Part shown: in pieces, positions 1-14,739 of the stretch
How positions within the stretch are numbered: position 1 is the first letter of the stretch
Layout of the letters: each line of letters opens with the position of its first letter
DNA from: an uncultured Candidatus Rokubacteria bacterium
Lineage (GTDB): Bacteria; Methylomirabilota; Methylomirabilia; Rokubacteriales; DASRDR01
Assembly: GCA_963805625.1 (NCBI GenBank)
Contig: CAWDVE010000010.1
Coordinates: 1,152,001-1,216,000 of the forward strand
Direction of reading: 5' to 3'
DNA length: 64,000 nt
Made by a program: the position numbers and the translations under genes
The notes under the pieces: model-generated
Told to the model about the DNA's origin: nothing
Databases searched by the model: none
The model's input: only the letters and a program-made list of their open reading frames with translations

Positions 1-1
1 G

Positions 2-394
2 GTGAGCGACGAGGAAGTTCACGCCATCGCGACCCAGCTGCGCTGCGTCGTCTGCCAGAACCTCTCGGTCGCCGACTCGCCTTCCGAGATGGCGCGCCAG
101 ATGCGCGACCTCATCCGGGAGCGGCTGGCGGCGGGGGACCGGCCCGAGCAGGTCATGGCCTACTTCGTCCAGCGCTACGGCGAGTGGGTGCTTCTGGCTC
201 CCCCGGCCCGTGGGCTCAACCTCCTCCTGTGGCTCGCGCCGTTCGGGGCGGTGGTGGGTGGCCTCGCCCTGGTCGTGACCCTCGCGCGGCGCTGGCGACG
301 CCACCCGGCTTCGCTGGAGCCGGCGGCAGCCCCCGCCGTGGGTCCGGCCGAGCGCGAGCGGCTCGCCGCCGAGCTCGAGCGTCTAGGTGACTAG
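2..394 (+). CDS. ccmH: Cytochrome c maturation protein CcmH/CycL (5' end probably outside window)
   Basis: LRCVVCQN redox motif, YFVQRYGEWVLLAPP and a C-terminal TM helix. Confidence 0.9.
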   Translation: MSDEEVHAIATQLRCVVCQNLSVADSPSEMARQMRDLIRERLAAGDRPEQVMAYFVQRYGEWVLLAPPARGLNLLLWLAPFGAVVGGLALVVTLARRWRRHPASLEPAAAPAVGPAERERLAAELERLGD

Positions 395-406
395 CGGGAT
401 TCCCCG

Positions 407-1360
407 ATGACGACGGCCCTCCTGACCCTCGCGCTCGCGGTCCCGGCACTGGTCTTCGCCGTCTGGCCGTCCCTCGTGCGCCGGAGCGGCCGAGCCGGTC
501 TCGTCGCCGCGCCTGCCGACGACGAACGGGCGGGGCTCGAGAACGAGAAGGTCATCGCCCTCCGGGCGCTCCGCGAGCTCGAGCTGGACCGGGTGGCGGG
601 GCACGTGGACGACGAGGACTATCGCGACCTCCACTCCCGGTACGAAGGCGACGCGGTCGCCGTGCTTCGCCGGCTCGACGCTCTCGGACCGGTCGCGCGA
701 CCTTCCCGGGGTGTTCCCTCGCCGACGCCGGTCGCCACGACACCCTGGACCCGGCAGCCCGCCGTCCTCGGCGCGATGGGAGTCGGGCTCCTCGTATTCG
801 GGGTCGTCCTGGGCCTCCTGGTCTCACGCTACTCGACGCCGGCGCCCCCGGAGCCCGACATGACCACCGCCCGGCCCGGGGCGCCCTCCGCCATGGCGCC
901 GGGATCCACCGGCGGTGGCAGCGGCGGCGGCGGCGCGCCCCGTCCCCTTTCGAAGGAGATGCTCGGGGGGATGCTCCAGGCGGCGCACGCGAGCCTCGAC
1001 GCCGGCCGCTACCAGGAGGCGATCGCCGCCTACACCGCCATCCTCAGGCGCGAGCCGCGGAACGTCGACGCCATCACCCACCTCGGCGTGATCCTCGCCC
1101 TGGCGGGCCACCACGCCGATGCGCTCGAGGCGTTCGACCGGGCGCTCGCCATCGATCCCAACTACTCCCACGCGCTCTGGGACAAGGCGGGGGTCCAGGA
1201 GGCGCGCCAGGACCATGCGGGCGCGGTCGCGACACTCGAGCGCTTCGTGCGCGTCGCGCCGGCGGGGCCCGATCGCGACCGTGCCCAGGAGCGGCTCCGG
1301 GAAGCGAAGGCCCGGCTCGCGGCCACGCCGAAGGCGGGCGCGCCCGTCGTCCGTCCATGA
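407..1360 (+). CDS. CcmI/CycH-like membrane-anchored TPR protein
   Basis: N-terminal TM, LRELELD..G.VD..DY coiled segment, second TM and TPR repeats; lies between ccmH and ccmF. Confidence 0.75.
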   Translation: MTTALLTLALAVPALVFAVWPSLVRRSGRAGLVAAPADDERAGLENEKVIALRALRELELDRVAGHVDDEDYRDLHSRYEGDAVAVLRRLDALGPVARPSRGVPSPTPVATTPWTRQPAVLGAMGVGLLVFGVVLGLLVSRYSTPAPPEPDMTTARPGAPSAMAPGSTGGGSGGGGAPRPLSKEMLGGMLQAAHASLDAGRYQEAIAAYTAILRREPRNVDAITHLGVILALAGHHADALEAFDRALAIDPNYSHALWDKAGVQEARQDHAGAVATLERFVRVAPAGPDRDRAQERLREAKARLAATPKAGAPVVRP

Positions 1361-1436
1361 ACACACAGGCGCCACAGGCTGCCACAGGCCAAAGGCCGTC
1401 CGATTGGTACCGTCCGATCGAACCCGTCCGATCCAT
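1361..1436 (+). repeat. Bipartite intergenic repeat: 3x CACAGGC (9-10 bp period), GGCC-AAA-GGCC hairpin, 3x CCGTCCGAT (14-bp period)
   Basis: CACAGGC at 1364, 1373, 1383; CCGTCCGAT at 1396, 1410, 1424; related copy at 59826-59881 on the minus strand. Confidence 0.8.
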
Positions 1437-1483
1437 CCCAGCGAGAGCCCACGGGCGGCGGGGCCCCTGGACCGGCTAGCCTG

Positions 1484-3508
1484 GTGAGCATGGTCCCCGA
1501 GCTCGGCGCGGCCGCCCTACTGGCCGCCCTCGTCGTCGCCGCCGCCGGCATGGTCTTCGGCGTCCGTGCGAGCCGCGTGGCGGCCCCGGGATGGCTCGCG
1601 AGCGCGCGGCGGGCGGCAATGGCCCAGTTCGTCCTCGTGACCCTCGCCGTCGTGGCCCTCGAGTACCTCCTGATCACGAGCGATTTCAGCGTCCGGTACG
1701 TCGCCAACACGAGCACGTCGGCGAGCCCGCTGCGCTACAGGATTGCCGGGCTCTGGGGGGCGCTGGAGGGCTCGATCCTTCTCTGGGAGTGGCTGCAAGC
1801 GCTGTTCGTCCTGCTCGTCGCGCGCCGGGCGGCGGCGCTGCGCCGGGAGCTGTCGGGGTACGCGCTGGCCGTGCTCTTCGTCGTCTCCGGGATCTTCCTG
1901 GTGATGATGACGGTGATCGCGAGCCCGTTCGAGCGCCTGGCCGAGCCCGCCCTCGAGGGCCGGGGGCTCAACCCGCTCCTCGAGGTCACCGACATGCTCG
2001 TGCACCCGCTCCTGCTCTACACGGGCTACGTCGGCTTCGTGGTCCCGTTTGCGTTCGCGGTGGCCGCCCTGCTCGCTGGCCGGCTCGACGGCACCTGGCT
2101 CACGTTGACGCGGCGGTGGACCGTCACCGCGTGGCTGTTCCTCACCGCCGGAGTGCTGTACGGCGGCTGGTGGTCATACCGGACGCTGGGGTGGGGCGGG
2201 TACTGGGCATGGGATCCGGTGGAGAACGCTTCGTTCATGCCCTGGCTCATGGGAACAGCGTTCGTGCACTCGGTCATGGTCCAGGAGCGGCGTCCGATGT
2301 TGAAGATCTGGAACATGGCCCTGATCACCCTCACCTTCGCGCTCACGATCTTCGGGACCTTCCTCACCCGGAGCGGCGTGATCTCGTCGGTCCACGCATT
2401 CGCCAGCGGCGCCATCGGCCCCTTCCTCCTGGCCTACTTGGCCGCGATCCTGCTGACGTCCCTCGGGCTCCTCGTCTGGCGTTGGGACCGGCTCGGGGAG
2501 CGCGCGGAGCTCGACGCCCTGCTGTCGCGCGAGTCCGTGTTCCTCGTGAACAACGTGCTGCTCGTGGCCTTCTGCTTCACCGTGTTCATGGGCACGATCT
2601 TCCCGCTCCTCTCGGAAGCCGTGACGGGGGCCAAGGTGTCGGTCGGCACGCCGTACTTCAACTGGGTGAGCGTGCCCATCCTGCTCGTCACGCTCCTGCT
2701 GATGGGGGCGGGCCCGCTGGTCCCCTGGCGGCGCGGGTCGTGGCCGGTCCTGGGGCGCATCCTCCAGGGGCCCGCCGCCGTCGCCCTCGGCGCGAGCCTC
2801 CTCACGTGGCTGGTCGGGGGGCTTCCGCTCGGGCTCGTGGGTCTCGGCTACACGCTCCCGTACTTCGTGGCCGCCATCGTGCTGGGCGAGCTCTGGCGTG
2901 CGGCGCGGGGCCGCCGCCGCGCGACCGGCGAGCCCTGGCCGACGGCCATCGGCCGACTCCTCGCGCAGAACCACCGGCGCTACGGCGGGCTCGTGGTCCA
3001 CCTCGGCGTGGTCCTGGTCGCGATCGGCGTCGCCACGTCGACCGTGGGCAAGCTCGAGCGCGAGGCGACTCTGAAGAAGGGAGAGACGCTCGAGCTCGGG
3101 CGGTACGCCGTGCGCTTCACCGGGCTCTCGGCCGGGGAGCAGCCGACGCACCTCCTGGTCCAGGCCGCCCTGGAGGTGAGCGAGGCCGGCCGGCCCGCGG
3201 GGACGCTCCGGCCGGGCCAGCGGCTCTACCGGGGATCCACCTCGCCGTTCGCGTCCGTCGCGGTGCGATACGGCTTCGTCCGAGACTTCTACGTGATTCT
3301 CGGCGCGTTCGACCGCCAGGGCGAATGGGCCCAGATCAAGGCTCAGGTTCACCCGATGGTCGCGTGGATCTGGCTGGGAGGGCTGGTGATCCTCATGGGC
3401 GGCGGCCTCGCGCTGTGGCCAGCGGGACGGCGGGCGCCGGTGACGGTGCGAGCCCCGGCCGGAGCGGCGATCGCCGGGGGTGGCGGCCCGGAGCCCCCGC
3501 GCGATTGA
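1484..3508 (+). CDS. ccmF: Cytochrome c-type heme lyase CcmF
   Basis: WGGYWAWDPVENASFMPW (WWD) motif, HPLLLY, GTFLTRSGVISSVHAF. Confidence 0.95.
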   Translation: MSMVPELGAAALLAALVVAAAGMVFGVRASRVAAPGWLASARRAAMAQFVLVTLAVVALEYLLITSDFSVRYVANTSTSASPLRYRIAGLWGALEGSILLWEWLQALFVLLVARRAAALRRELSGYALAVLFVVSGIFLVMMTVIASPFERLAEPALEGRGLNPLLEVTDMLVHPLLLYTGYVGFVVPFAFAVAALLAGRLDGTWLTLTRRWTVTAWLFLTAGVLYGGWWSYRTLGWGGYWAWDPVENASFMPWLMGTAFVHSVMVQERRPMLKIWNMALITLTFALTIFGTFLTRSGVISSVHAFASGAIGPFLLAYLAAILLTSLGLLVWRWDRLGERAELDALLSRESVFLVNNVLLVAFCFTVFMGTIFPLLSEAVTGAKVSVGTPYFNWVSVPILLVTLLLMGAGPLVPWRRGSWPVLGRILQGPAAVALGASLLTWLVGGLPLGLVGLGYTLPYFVAAIVLGELWRAARGRRRATGEPWPTAIGRLLAQNHRRYGGLVVHLGVVLVAIGVATSTVGKLEREATLKKGETLELGRYAVRFTGLSAGEQPTHLLVQAALEVSEAGRPAGTLRPGQRLYRGSTSPFASVAVRYGFVRDFYVILGAFDRQGEWAQIKAQVHPMVAWIWLGGLVILMGGGLALWPAGRRAPVTVRAPAGAAIAGGGGPEPPRD

Positions 3509-3541
3509 CGGTCACGAGGTCCGGTGCTCTAATCCGCCCCT

Positions 3542-6558
<3,017 letters not shown>

Positions 6559-6571
6559 GAGGAGGCGCCCC

Positions 6572-7198
6572 ATGATGAAGCTCGCGGCAGTCCTGCTCGT
6601 CGCCATGGCGGCTGCGCCCCAGGCCGAGCAGGCGGGGCTGCTCGAGCGGCTCCGGAACGGCGCGGTCGAGGAGCGGCGGATCGCCGCCGGGCGGCTCGGC
6701 CAGATCGGCGACGATGGGGCGACCGCGGGGCTCGTCCAGGCGCTCCACGACCCCGACTCCACCGTCCGCAGCGAGGCCCACGACTCGCTGTGGGCGATCT
6801 GGCACCGCTCCGGCGACCCCGCGATCGACACCCTCCTCGGGCAGGGCATCGCCCTCATGCAGGCCGGCCGCCTGCCGGAATCGGTCGCGGTCTTCAGCGA
6901 GGTGATCGCTCGGGCGCCCGGATTCGCGGAGGGCTGGAACAAGCGTGCGACCGCGTACTACATGATGGGTGAGCTCGACCGCTCGCTGGCCGACTGCGAG
7001 GAGGTCGTGAAGCGCAACCCGGCCCACTTCGGAGCGCTGTCCGGCTTCGGCCTGATCTACCTCCAGAAGGAGGACCTGCCCCGAGCCGCGGAGTACTTCG
7101 AGAAGGCCCTGGCGGTGGACCCCACCCTCGCCCAGGTGGAGGCCGTCCTGGAGCGGATCCGGGAAGTCCTCCGACAACGACGCCAGCAGTCCATCTGA
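6572..7198 (+). CDS. Secreted HEAT-repeat + TPR protein
   Basis: Signal peptide, HEAT-like LVQALHDPD..VR, TPR FAEGWNKRAT...HFGALSGFG; GGAGG RBS. Confidence 0.75.
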   Translation: MMKLAAVLLVAMAAAPQAEQAGLLERLRNGAVEERRIAAGRLGQIGDDGATAGLVQALHDPDSTVRSEAHDSLWAIWHRSGDPAIDTLLGQGIALMQAGRLPESVAVFSEVIARAPGFAEGWNKRATAYYMMGELDRSLADCEEVVKRNPAHFGALSGFGLIYLQKEDLPRAAEYFEKALAVDPTLAQVEAVLERIREVLRQRRQQSI

Positions 7199-7229
7199 AT
7201 CGAGACCGACCAAGACCAACGGAGGACGC

Positions 7230-7925
7230 ATGACCCCCCTCGACCCCCAGGTGCTCGCCGAGCTCTCCCGCATCTCCTCTCCGACCATCGCCAACGCGAT
7301 CGAGACCTTCAACGTGAAGCCCTGGAACACGGGCTTCGTGTCCTCAGACATCGTCTGCCGATTCCCGCGGCTTCCGGCCATGGTGGGGTACGCGGTGACG
7401 GCGCTGATCCGGGCGGAGCCGCAGCCCATCGAGGGCCACCGCGCCAACGAGTTCGCCTGGTGGGAGCACGTGGCGGCGAGCCCCGGTCCGCGCGTGGTCG
7501 TGATGCACGACATCGACGAGCCGCGCGGCCAGGGCGCGTACTGGGGGGAGGTGCAGGCCAACATCCACCGGGCGCTCGGGTGCCTCGGGGTGGTGACCGA
7601 CGGGACCGTGCGCGACCTGCCGGAGGCCGAGGCCGCCGGCTTCCACTTCTTCTCGGCGCATGTGTCCGTGTCCCACGCGTACGTCCACATGGTCGACTTC
7701 GGCGCTCCCGTCAAGGTCGGCGGTCTGTGGATCCGGCCGGGGGACCTCCTGCACGGCGACCAGCACGGTGTCGTGGTCGTGCCTCCCGAGATCGCCGCCA
7801 AGATCCCGGAGGCGGCGGCCCGGATCGAGGCGCGTGAGCGCAAGATGATCGCGGTATGCCAGAAGCCCGGCGTGACGGTCGAGGACCTCAAGGCCGCTCG
7901 CACGGCCATGCGGCAATCGTACTGA
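7230..7925 (+). CDS. RraA-like / HMG-aldolase family protein
   Basis: WGEV, GVVTDGTVRD and PGDLLHGDQHGVV motifs. Confidence 0.85.
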   Translation: MTPLDPQVLAELSRISSPTIANAIETFNVKPWNTGFVSSDIVCRFPRLPAMVGYAVTALIRAEPQPIEGHRANEFAWWEHVAASPGPRVVVMHDIDEPRGQGAYWGEVQANIHRALGCLGVVTDGTVRDLPEAEAAGFHFFSAHVSVSHAYVHMVDFGAPVKVGGLWIRPGDLLHGDQHGVVVVPPEIAAKIPEAAARIEARERKMIAVCQKPGVTVEDLKAARTAMRQSY

Positions 7926-7928
7926 GCC

Positions 7929-9347
<1,419 letters not shown>

Positions 9348-9382
9348 GCCCCGGCGCTCGACGGACCGGGATCGCCGCCCCC

Positions 9383-9712
9383 TCAGCGGGTACCCTGGCC
9401 GGAGCGCGAGGATGGGCGACCGCTCCGGATGTCCAGGTAGAGGTTGTAAACCGCGATGAGCGCCGGGAACAGGTTGGACAGGATGCCGACCGAGTCGTTC
9501 TTCCCCCAGGTGAAGTAGGCGAGCAGCAGGGCGCTGCCGGTCACGCTCATGTACCAGAACATCCGCGGCACCGTCGGCCGGCCCTCGGCGCGCGAAGCGT
9601 ACAGCTGGACCAGCCAGCGGCCGGTGAACAGGGCCAGACCCAGGTAGCCGACGAGCTTCCAGGGGGTGAGCGTTACTCCGAAGTAGCTCGTGATCACGTC
9701 GCGCATAAGCAT
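9383..9712 (-). CDS. Lipid A biosynthesis N-terminal (LAB_N)-domain small membrane protein
   Basis: G..LFTGRWLVQ..AS...VP..FWY.S..GS..LL.Y pattern. Confidence 0.75.
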   Translation of the reverse strand: MLMRDVITSYFGVTLTPWKLVGYLGLALFTGRWLVQLYASRAEGRPTVPRMFWYMSVTGSALLLAYFTWGKNDSVGILSNLFPALIAVYNLYLDIRSGRPSSRSGQGTR

Positions 9713-9762
9713 CCCGCCCCGTCGGAGACGCCGGCACGCGCCCCGGGCCGGCGGGCCGCCGG

Positions 9763-11193
9763 CTACCGGTGCTCGCCGACCCGGTGGAGCTTCAGCAGGT
9801 TGACCGTGCCGCGCACCGCGAGGGGCGCGCCCCCCACGATGACCAGGATGTCGTTGTAGCGCACCGACCGGTCCGCGAGCAGGCTCGCCTCGATGTCCGT
9901 CACCATCTGGTCAATGGAACTCTGCGACTTGATGAGCCGCGAGATGACGCCCCAGTCGAGGGCCAGCCGCCGCCGCACACGCTCGTTGGGCGTAAACGCG
10001 ATGATAGGGACCGGCGGCCGGTCCTGGGAGATGAGCCGCGCGGTGGAGCCCGACTGGGTGAACGCGACGATCGCGCGGGCCTTGAGCTCCCGCGCGGCGA
10101 ACGACGCCGAGTCCGAGATCGCCTGGGGGAACGACACCTCGCCACGCCGCGGGCGGTCCATCGTCTGCGACGGGAAGGCCGTTTCGGTCCGCCGGATGAT
10201 GCGGTCGAGGACCCGCACGGCCTCGACGGGGTACGCGCCGGTCGCCGACTCCGCGGACAGCATCACCGCGTCCGTGCCGTCCAGCACCGCGTTGGCGACA
10301 TCCGAGACCTCGGCGCGCGTGGGACGGAGGCTCGCGACCATGGACTCCAGCATCTGGGTGGCCACGATCACCGGGGTCCGCGCCAGGCGCGCTTTCCGGA
10401 GGATCTCCTTCTGGGCGATCGGAACCTCCTCGAGCGGGACCTCGACCCCGAGGTCGCCGCGCGCCACCATGACCGCGGCGGTGGCGTTCAGGATCTCGTC
10501 GAGGCGCCCGAGGGCCTCGGGCCGCTCCAGCTTGGCGACGACCTGAACGTCGGAGCGGAACTCGTTGATGACTTCCCGAACCTCCAGGAGGTCCGCCCCC
10601 GACCGCACGAACGAGACCCCGACGTAGTCGACGCCGTGCCGGAGGCCGAACTGAAGGTCCTCGCGGTCCTTCTCGGTCAGGATGGGGAGGCGGAGCGTCG
10701 TGCGGGGGAGGTTCACGCCCTTGTGATCCCGGACCATCCCCCCCGTCGCGACACGGCAGAGGACGTCCTGGTCCCGTACGTCCTCGACGTCCAGCGCGAT
10801 CCGGCCGTCGTCGATTAGCACGCGGTCCCCTGCCTTCACGTCCTGGGCGAAGCCGGCGTAGGAGATGCTCGCCCGCTCGGCCGTGCCCGGGACGGTCTCC
10901 GTCGTCAGGACGAAGGCGTCCCCGCGCCGCAGCATCACGGCCCCGCCGCCAGCGAACGTGCCCAGGCGAATCTTGGGACCCTGGAGGTCCTGGAGGATCG
11001 CTATGGGCTTCCCGATCCTGACCTCCACGGACCGGATGCGCTCCATCGCCTGCAGGTGCTCCCCGTGGGTGCCGTGGGAGAAGTTCAGGCGGGCCACGTC
11101 CATCCCGGCCCGCGCCATCTGCTCGATGATGCCCTCGGCGATGGACGCCGGCCCGATGGTGCAGACGATCTTGGCGAAGCGCTCCCGGGACAT
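9763..11193 (-). CDS. pyk: Pyruvate kinase
   Basis: KIVCTIGPAS, RLNFSHG, MVARGDLGVE, ATQMLESM, DAVMLS. Confidence 0.97.
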   Translation of the reverse strand: MSRERFAKIVCTIGPASIAEGIIEQMARAGMDVARLNFSHGTHGEHLQAMERIRSVEVRIGKPIAILQDLQGPKIRLGTFAGGGAVMLRRGDAFVLTTETVPGTAERASISYAGFAQDVKAGDRVLIDDGRIALDVEDVRDQDVLCRVATGGMVRDHKGVNLPRTTLRLPILTEKDREDLQFGLRHGVDYVGVSFVRSGADLLEVREVINEFRSDVQVVAKLERPEALGRLDEILNATAAVMVARGDLGVEVPLEEVPIAQKEILRKARLARTPVIVATQMLESMVASLRPTRAEVSDVANAVLDGTDAVMLSAESATGAYPVEAVRVLDRIIRRTETAFPSQTMDRPRRGEVSFPQAISDSASFAARELKARAIVAFTQSGSTARLISQDRPPVPIIAFTPNERVRRRLALDWGVISRLIKSQSSIDQMVTDIEASLLADRSVRYNDILVIVGGAPLAVRGTVNLLKLHRVGEHR

Positions 11194-11277
11194 CGTCAGG
11201 CCGTTCCCGGGACGGCCAGGGCACTGGGCGCCATCGGCTGCCGCGTCATCCCGGCCGGCAGGAGCGGGTCGCGCACG

Positions 11278-12516
11278 TCAGAAGGCTCCCTTGTCCAGGC
11301 TGTAGAAGTTCCCATAGATCGACTCACAGGCCTCTCTGAGCCGCCGGCGCTCTGCGTAGCGAGGGCCGAACCGGTCCAGCGCCTGGCTGCTCGTGTCGGC
11401 CCGCGTCCGCCCCTCCAGGACCAGCTCGCTCAGCCACTCCCCCACGAGGAGCGACCCTGCGATCCCGATCGCGTTGCACCCCGCCGCGACCCAGAGCCCG
11501 CGGGCGGTCGGGACGGCGCCGAGCAGATAGTTGCCATCCGGCGTGAAGGTCGGCAGCCCGGCGCAGCCCTTGAGAACCGGGGCGCCCGCGAGCGCCGGAA
11601 ACGCGCGGGTGAGGCCGCCGGCGAGCTCCTCCAGCACCCCCAGATCCTTCTCGGTGTGCTCGATCTCAAACGTGAGCGGCAGCTCCGTCATCGAGAAGGC
11701 CTTGGGATGCGCCTCGAAGCCGCCGAGCATGAGGCCCCCGACCTCAGGCCGGATGTAGACAGAGGCATCCGGTACGCGGACCACCGGCAGGTTCGCCGGC
11801 ACGTCAGCCATCGGCGCCGTTGTCCAGTGTTGGTGCCGCAACGGCACCGTGTCCACCGCCAGCCCCACCGCGTCCGTGACTCGCTCGACCCAGGGCCCCG
11901 CGGCCACGATCACGCGCGGGGACAAGAGCACGCCCGCCGGCGTGTCCACGCCGCGCACCACACCCCCCCGATCCAGCTGGATCGCGGTCACCGGCCGGTC
12001 CGTCTCGAAGATCACCCCGAGGCGCCGGGCAGCGCGCGCGATCGTCATAGCCAGCGTGTAGGGCTCGACGTACCCGTCCCCGGGAATCCACGCCGCTGCC
12101 TTGACGCCGGCGGTGTCGAGGAAGGGCACGCGGGCGCTCGCCCATTTGGGCGTCAGCAGCTCGACCTCGAGACCCCACGCCCGCGCGTTGGCGACGTGCT
12201 CCTCGAGCTCCCGGACTCGCCCGTCCGTCAGCGCGAGCTTGAGGCTCCCCACCTGCCGGAACCCACTCTCCTCGCCGTGCTCAGCCGCCCAGTGCTCGAG
12301 ACGATCGACGACATGGCGGATGGACCGGACCATGAGCTCGCTCGAGCGGAGCTGGCCGACGAGCCCCGCCGCCTGCGGGGTGTTCCCGCACGCGAGCTCG
12401 CGCCGCTCCAGGACCACGACGTCGCGTAGACCGGCCCGCGCCAGATGATAGGCGATCGAGCAGCCCCAGATGCCGCCGCCAATCACGACGGCGGCGGCTT
12501 CGCGTGCGGGACTCAT
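11278..12516 (-). CDS. FAD-dependent oxidoreductase (DAO / sarcosine-DMG dehydrogenase N-terminal type) lacking the GcvT domain
   Basis: VIGGGIWG Rossmann motif and TFTPDG; paralogous to the N-terminal half of 33036-35471. Confidence 0.8.
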   Translation of the reverse strand: MSPAREAAAVVIGGGIWGCSIAYHLARAGLRDVVVLERRELACGNTPQAAGLVGQLRSSELMVRSIRHVVDRLEHWAAEHGEESGFRQVGSLKLALTDGRVRELEEHVANARAWGLEVELLTPKWASARVPFLDTAGVKAAAWIPGDGYVEPYTLAMTIARAARRLGVIFETDRPVTAIQLDRGGVVRGVDTPAGVLLSPRVIVAAGPWVERVTDAVGLAVDTVPLRHQHWTTAPMADVPANLPVVRVPDASVYIRPEVGGLMLGGFEAHPKAFSMTELPLTFEIEHTEKDLGVLEELAGGLTRAFPALAGAPVLKGCAGLPTFTPDGNYLLGAVPTARGLWVAAGCNAIGIAGSLLVGEWLSELVLEGRTRADTSSQALDRFGPRYAERRRLREACESIYGNFYSLDKGAF

Positions 12517-12564
12517 GAGACGTCGGGGATGTGCCAGCCAGGCTGGGCGGGCAAGCGGCGAGGA

Positions 12565-13572
12565 CTACGACGCAGCGGCCGACGCCGCCTGCTTCTGCCG
12601 CGCGATCTCGAGGAGCTCGTGGGGCAACCCGAAGCGGACATCCTCCTCCACCACGCGGAACTCTCGCACCGCCGGCGCGCCGCGGGCCCCGAGGTAGTCC
12701 ACCACCTCGCGCACGAGGAACTCCGGCGTCGACGCGCCGGCCGTCACGCCGATGCGGGTACACCCATCGAGCCACTCCGAGCGGATGTCGCGGACGTCGT
12801 TGATGAGCCGCGCGCGCGTGCCTAGCGTCTCGGCGACCTCTCGGAGCCGGTTCGCGTTCGAGCTGTTCGCCGCGCCCAGCACCAGCACCAGGTCCACGTC
12901 GTTCGCAAGCTGCTTGACGGCCGCCTGCCGGTTCTGCGTCGCGTAGCAGATGTCGTCACGCGCCGGCCCAAGAATGGCCGGGAACCGGCGGCGGAGCACC
13001 TCGATGACGGCCTTCGTGTCGTCCACCGACAGCGTCGTCTGCGTCAGGTAGGCAACCTTCGCGGGGTCCTCGACGGTCAGCTGCTCCGCCTCCTCGACCG
13101 AGTCGATGACCACGATGCGCCGGGGCGCCTCTCCGAGGGTCCCGATCACCTCGTCGTGGTCCGCGTGGCCGACGAGCACGATCGTGCGCCCTTCCTTCGC
13201 GTACCGGATGGCCTCCAAGTGGACCTTCGTGACCAGGGGGCACGTCGCGTCGATCACGCGGAGGCGCCGCGTCGTCGCAGACTCCCGCACGGCGGGCGAT
13301 ACCCCGTGGGCGCTGAAGATGACCGTCGCGCCCTCCGGCACCTCGTCGAGCTCCTCCACGAAGACGGCGCCCTTTTCCCGGAGTGCCTCGACCACGTGCC
13401 GGTTGTGGACGATCTCGCGCCGGACGTAGATGGGCACGCCGACGACCTCGAGGGCCTGCTCGACGATCTCGATGGCCCGCTCGACGCCGGCACAGAAGCC
13501 CCGCGGCCCCGCCAGGACGATCTCGGCGAGCGATGTGGGAATCGAGGGCTCCTCGTGGCCCGCTGTTCGCAT
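12565..13572 (-). CDS. ispH: 4-hydroxy-3-methylbut-2-enyl diphosphate reductase
   Basis: [31 protein letters not shown]. Confidence 0.97.
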   Translation of the reverse strand: MRTAGHEEPSIPTSLAEIVLAGPRGFCAGVERAIEIVEQALEVVGVPIYVRREIVHNRHVVEALREKGAVFVEELDEVPEGATVIFSAHGVSPAVRESATTRRLRVIDATCPLVTKVHLEAIRYAKEGRTIVLVGHADHDEVIGTLGEAPRRIVVIDSVEEAEQLTVEDPAKVAYLTQTTLSVDDTKAVIEVLRRRFPAILGPARDDICYATQNRQAAVKQLANDVDLVLVLGAANSSNANRLREVAETLGTRARLINDVRDIRSEWLDGCTRIGVTAGASTPEFLVREVVDYLGARGAPAVREFRVVEEDVRFGLPHELLEIARQKQAASAAAS

Positions 13573-13716
13573 GGACTCTCAGTATAGAGGCCGCGGGCCG
13601 GGGGACGCAAGCAACGCCCGGCGCGTGCTGGCCGTCACCGGAACAGGTAGTTCACTTTCAGGCCGGGCGCGCGCTCGGCTCGCGATGCGACCCGTCACCC
13701 CCCGCGATCGCCGGCG

Positions 13717-14739
13717 TCACGGACGGATCAGGACCTTGAGCGCCTCGCCTCGGCTCATCAGATCGAGGGCCCGCGGCACGTCGCCGAGCCCCATCTCGTG
13801 GGTGACCAGCGGCGTGGGATCGAGCGTGCCGTCAGCGAGCAACGCGACGGCCCGCCGGATCAGCGCGGGGGTGTGGTGGAACACGCCCAGGAGCCGCAGC
13901 TCCTCGTAGTGGACCCGGCGCGTGTCGAGAGGGACGCTCGTGCCGGGAGCGCAGCCGCCGAAGAACACCACGGTGGCACCCTTGCCCGCGACGGCCATCG
14001 CCTGCTGCCACGCCTCGGGCCTCCCGGTCGCCTCGATCACGCAGCGCACGTCGCCGCCGGCCGCCTCGCGCACGGCCGAGACCGCGTCGGGCACCCGCGC
14101 CACGTCCACGCAGGCGGCGAAGCCAAGGCCGCGAGCGCGTTCGAGGCGAACCCCCGTCTTTCCCGCGAGGATCACGCGCGCTCCCCCGGCGCGGGCCAGG
14201 AGGCCGAGGAGGAGGCCGAGCGGCCCGTGGCCCAGGATCACCACGGTCTCCCCCGCCCCCACCTCCGCCGCATCGATGGCCCGCAGACAGCAGGCAACGG
14301 GCTCGGCGAACGCGACGCGCGCCGCCTCGGCGGCCGGCGACACCGTCACCAGGTTCCGGGCCACGAGGCGTGGCGGGAGGGCGATGTACTCGGCGTAGGC
14401 GCCGTTGACGAAGAGGAGGTCGTCGCAGAGGTTCGCCCGGCCGCGGCGGCAGGCCGCACACGACCCGCACGGGGCCGAGTTCGCCGCAACCGCCCGGTCC
14501 CCGAGCCGCACGTGACCCACGCCCGGCCCGACCGCGGTGACCGTGCCGGCAAATTCGTGACCGAAGACCGTCGGCACCCGCGGGATCATGACGGGATGGC
14601 CCCGCCGAAGCGTCTTCACGTCCGTACCGCAGGTCAGCGCCGCCTCGATCCGGAGCACCACCTCGCCCGGGCCTGGCTCCGGCACCGGCGCATCCTCGAA
14701 TCGGAGGTCGCCGGGACCGTAGAAGACCTGCGCCCTCAC
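13717..14739 (-). CDS. Zinc-binding alcohol dehydrogenase (MDR family)
   Basis: CGTD, GHE and CxxCxxC...C motifs; translationally coupled to the upstream ADH. Confidence 0.85.
   Translation of the reverse strand: MRAQVFYGPGDLRFEDAPVPEPGPGEVVLRIEAALTCGTDVKTLRRGHPVMIPRVPTVFGHEFAGTVTAVGPGVGHVRLGDRAVAANSAPCGSCAACRRGRANLCDDLLFVNGAYAEYIALPPRLVARNLVTVSPAAEAARVAFAEPVACCLRAIDAAEVGAGETVVILGHGPLGLLLGLLARAGGARVILAGKTGVRLERARGLGFAACVDVARVPDAVSAVREAAGGDVRCVIEATGRPEAWQQAMAVAGKGATVVFFGGCAPGTSVPLDTRRVHYEELRLLGVFHHTPALIRRAVALLADGTLDPTPLVTHEMGLGDVPRALDLMSRGEALKVLIRP

Noticed and set aside
1361-1436. Possible mini-CRISPR array
   Set aside because: Units of 7-10 bp with 2-5 bp linkers, no spacers of CRISPR length and no cas genes
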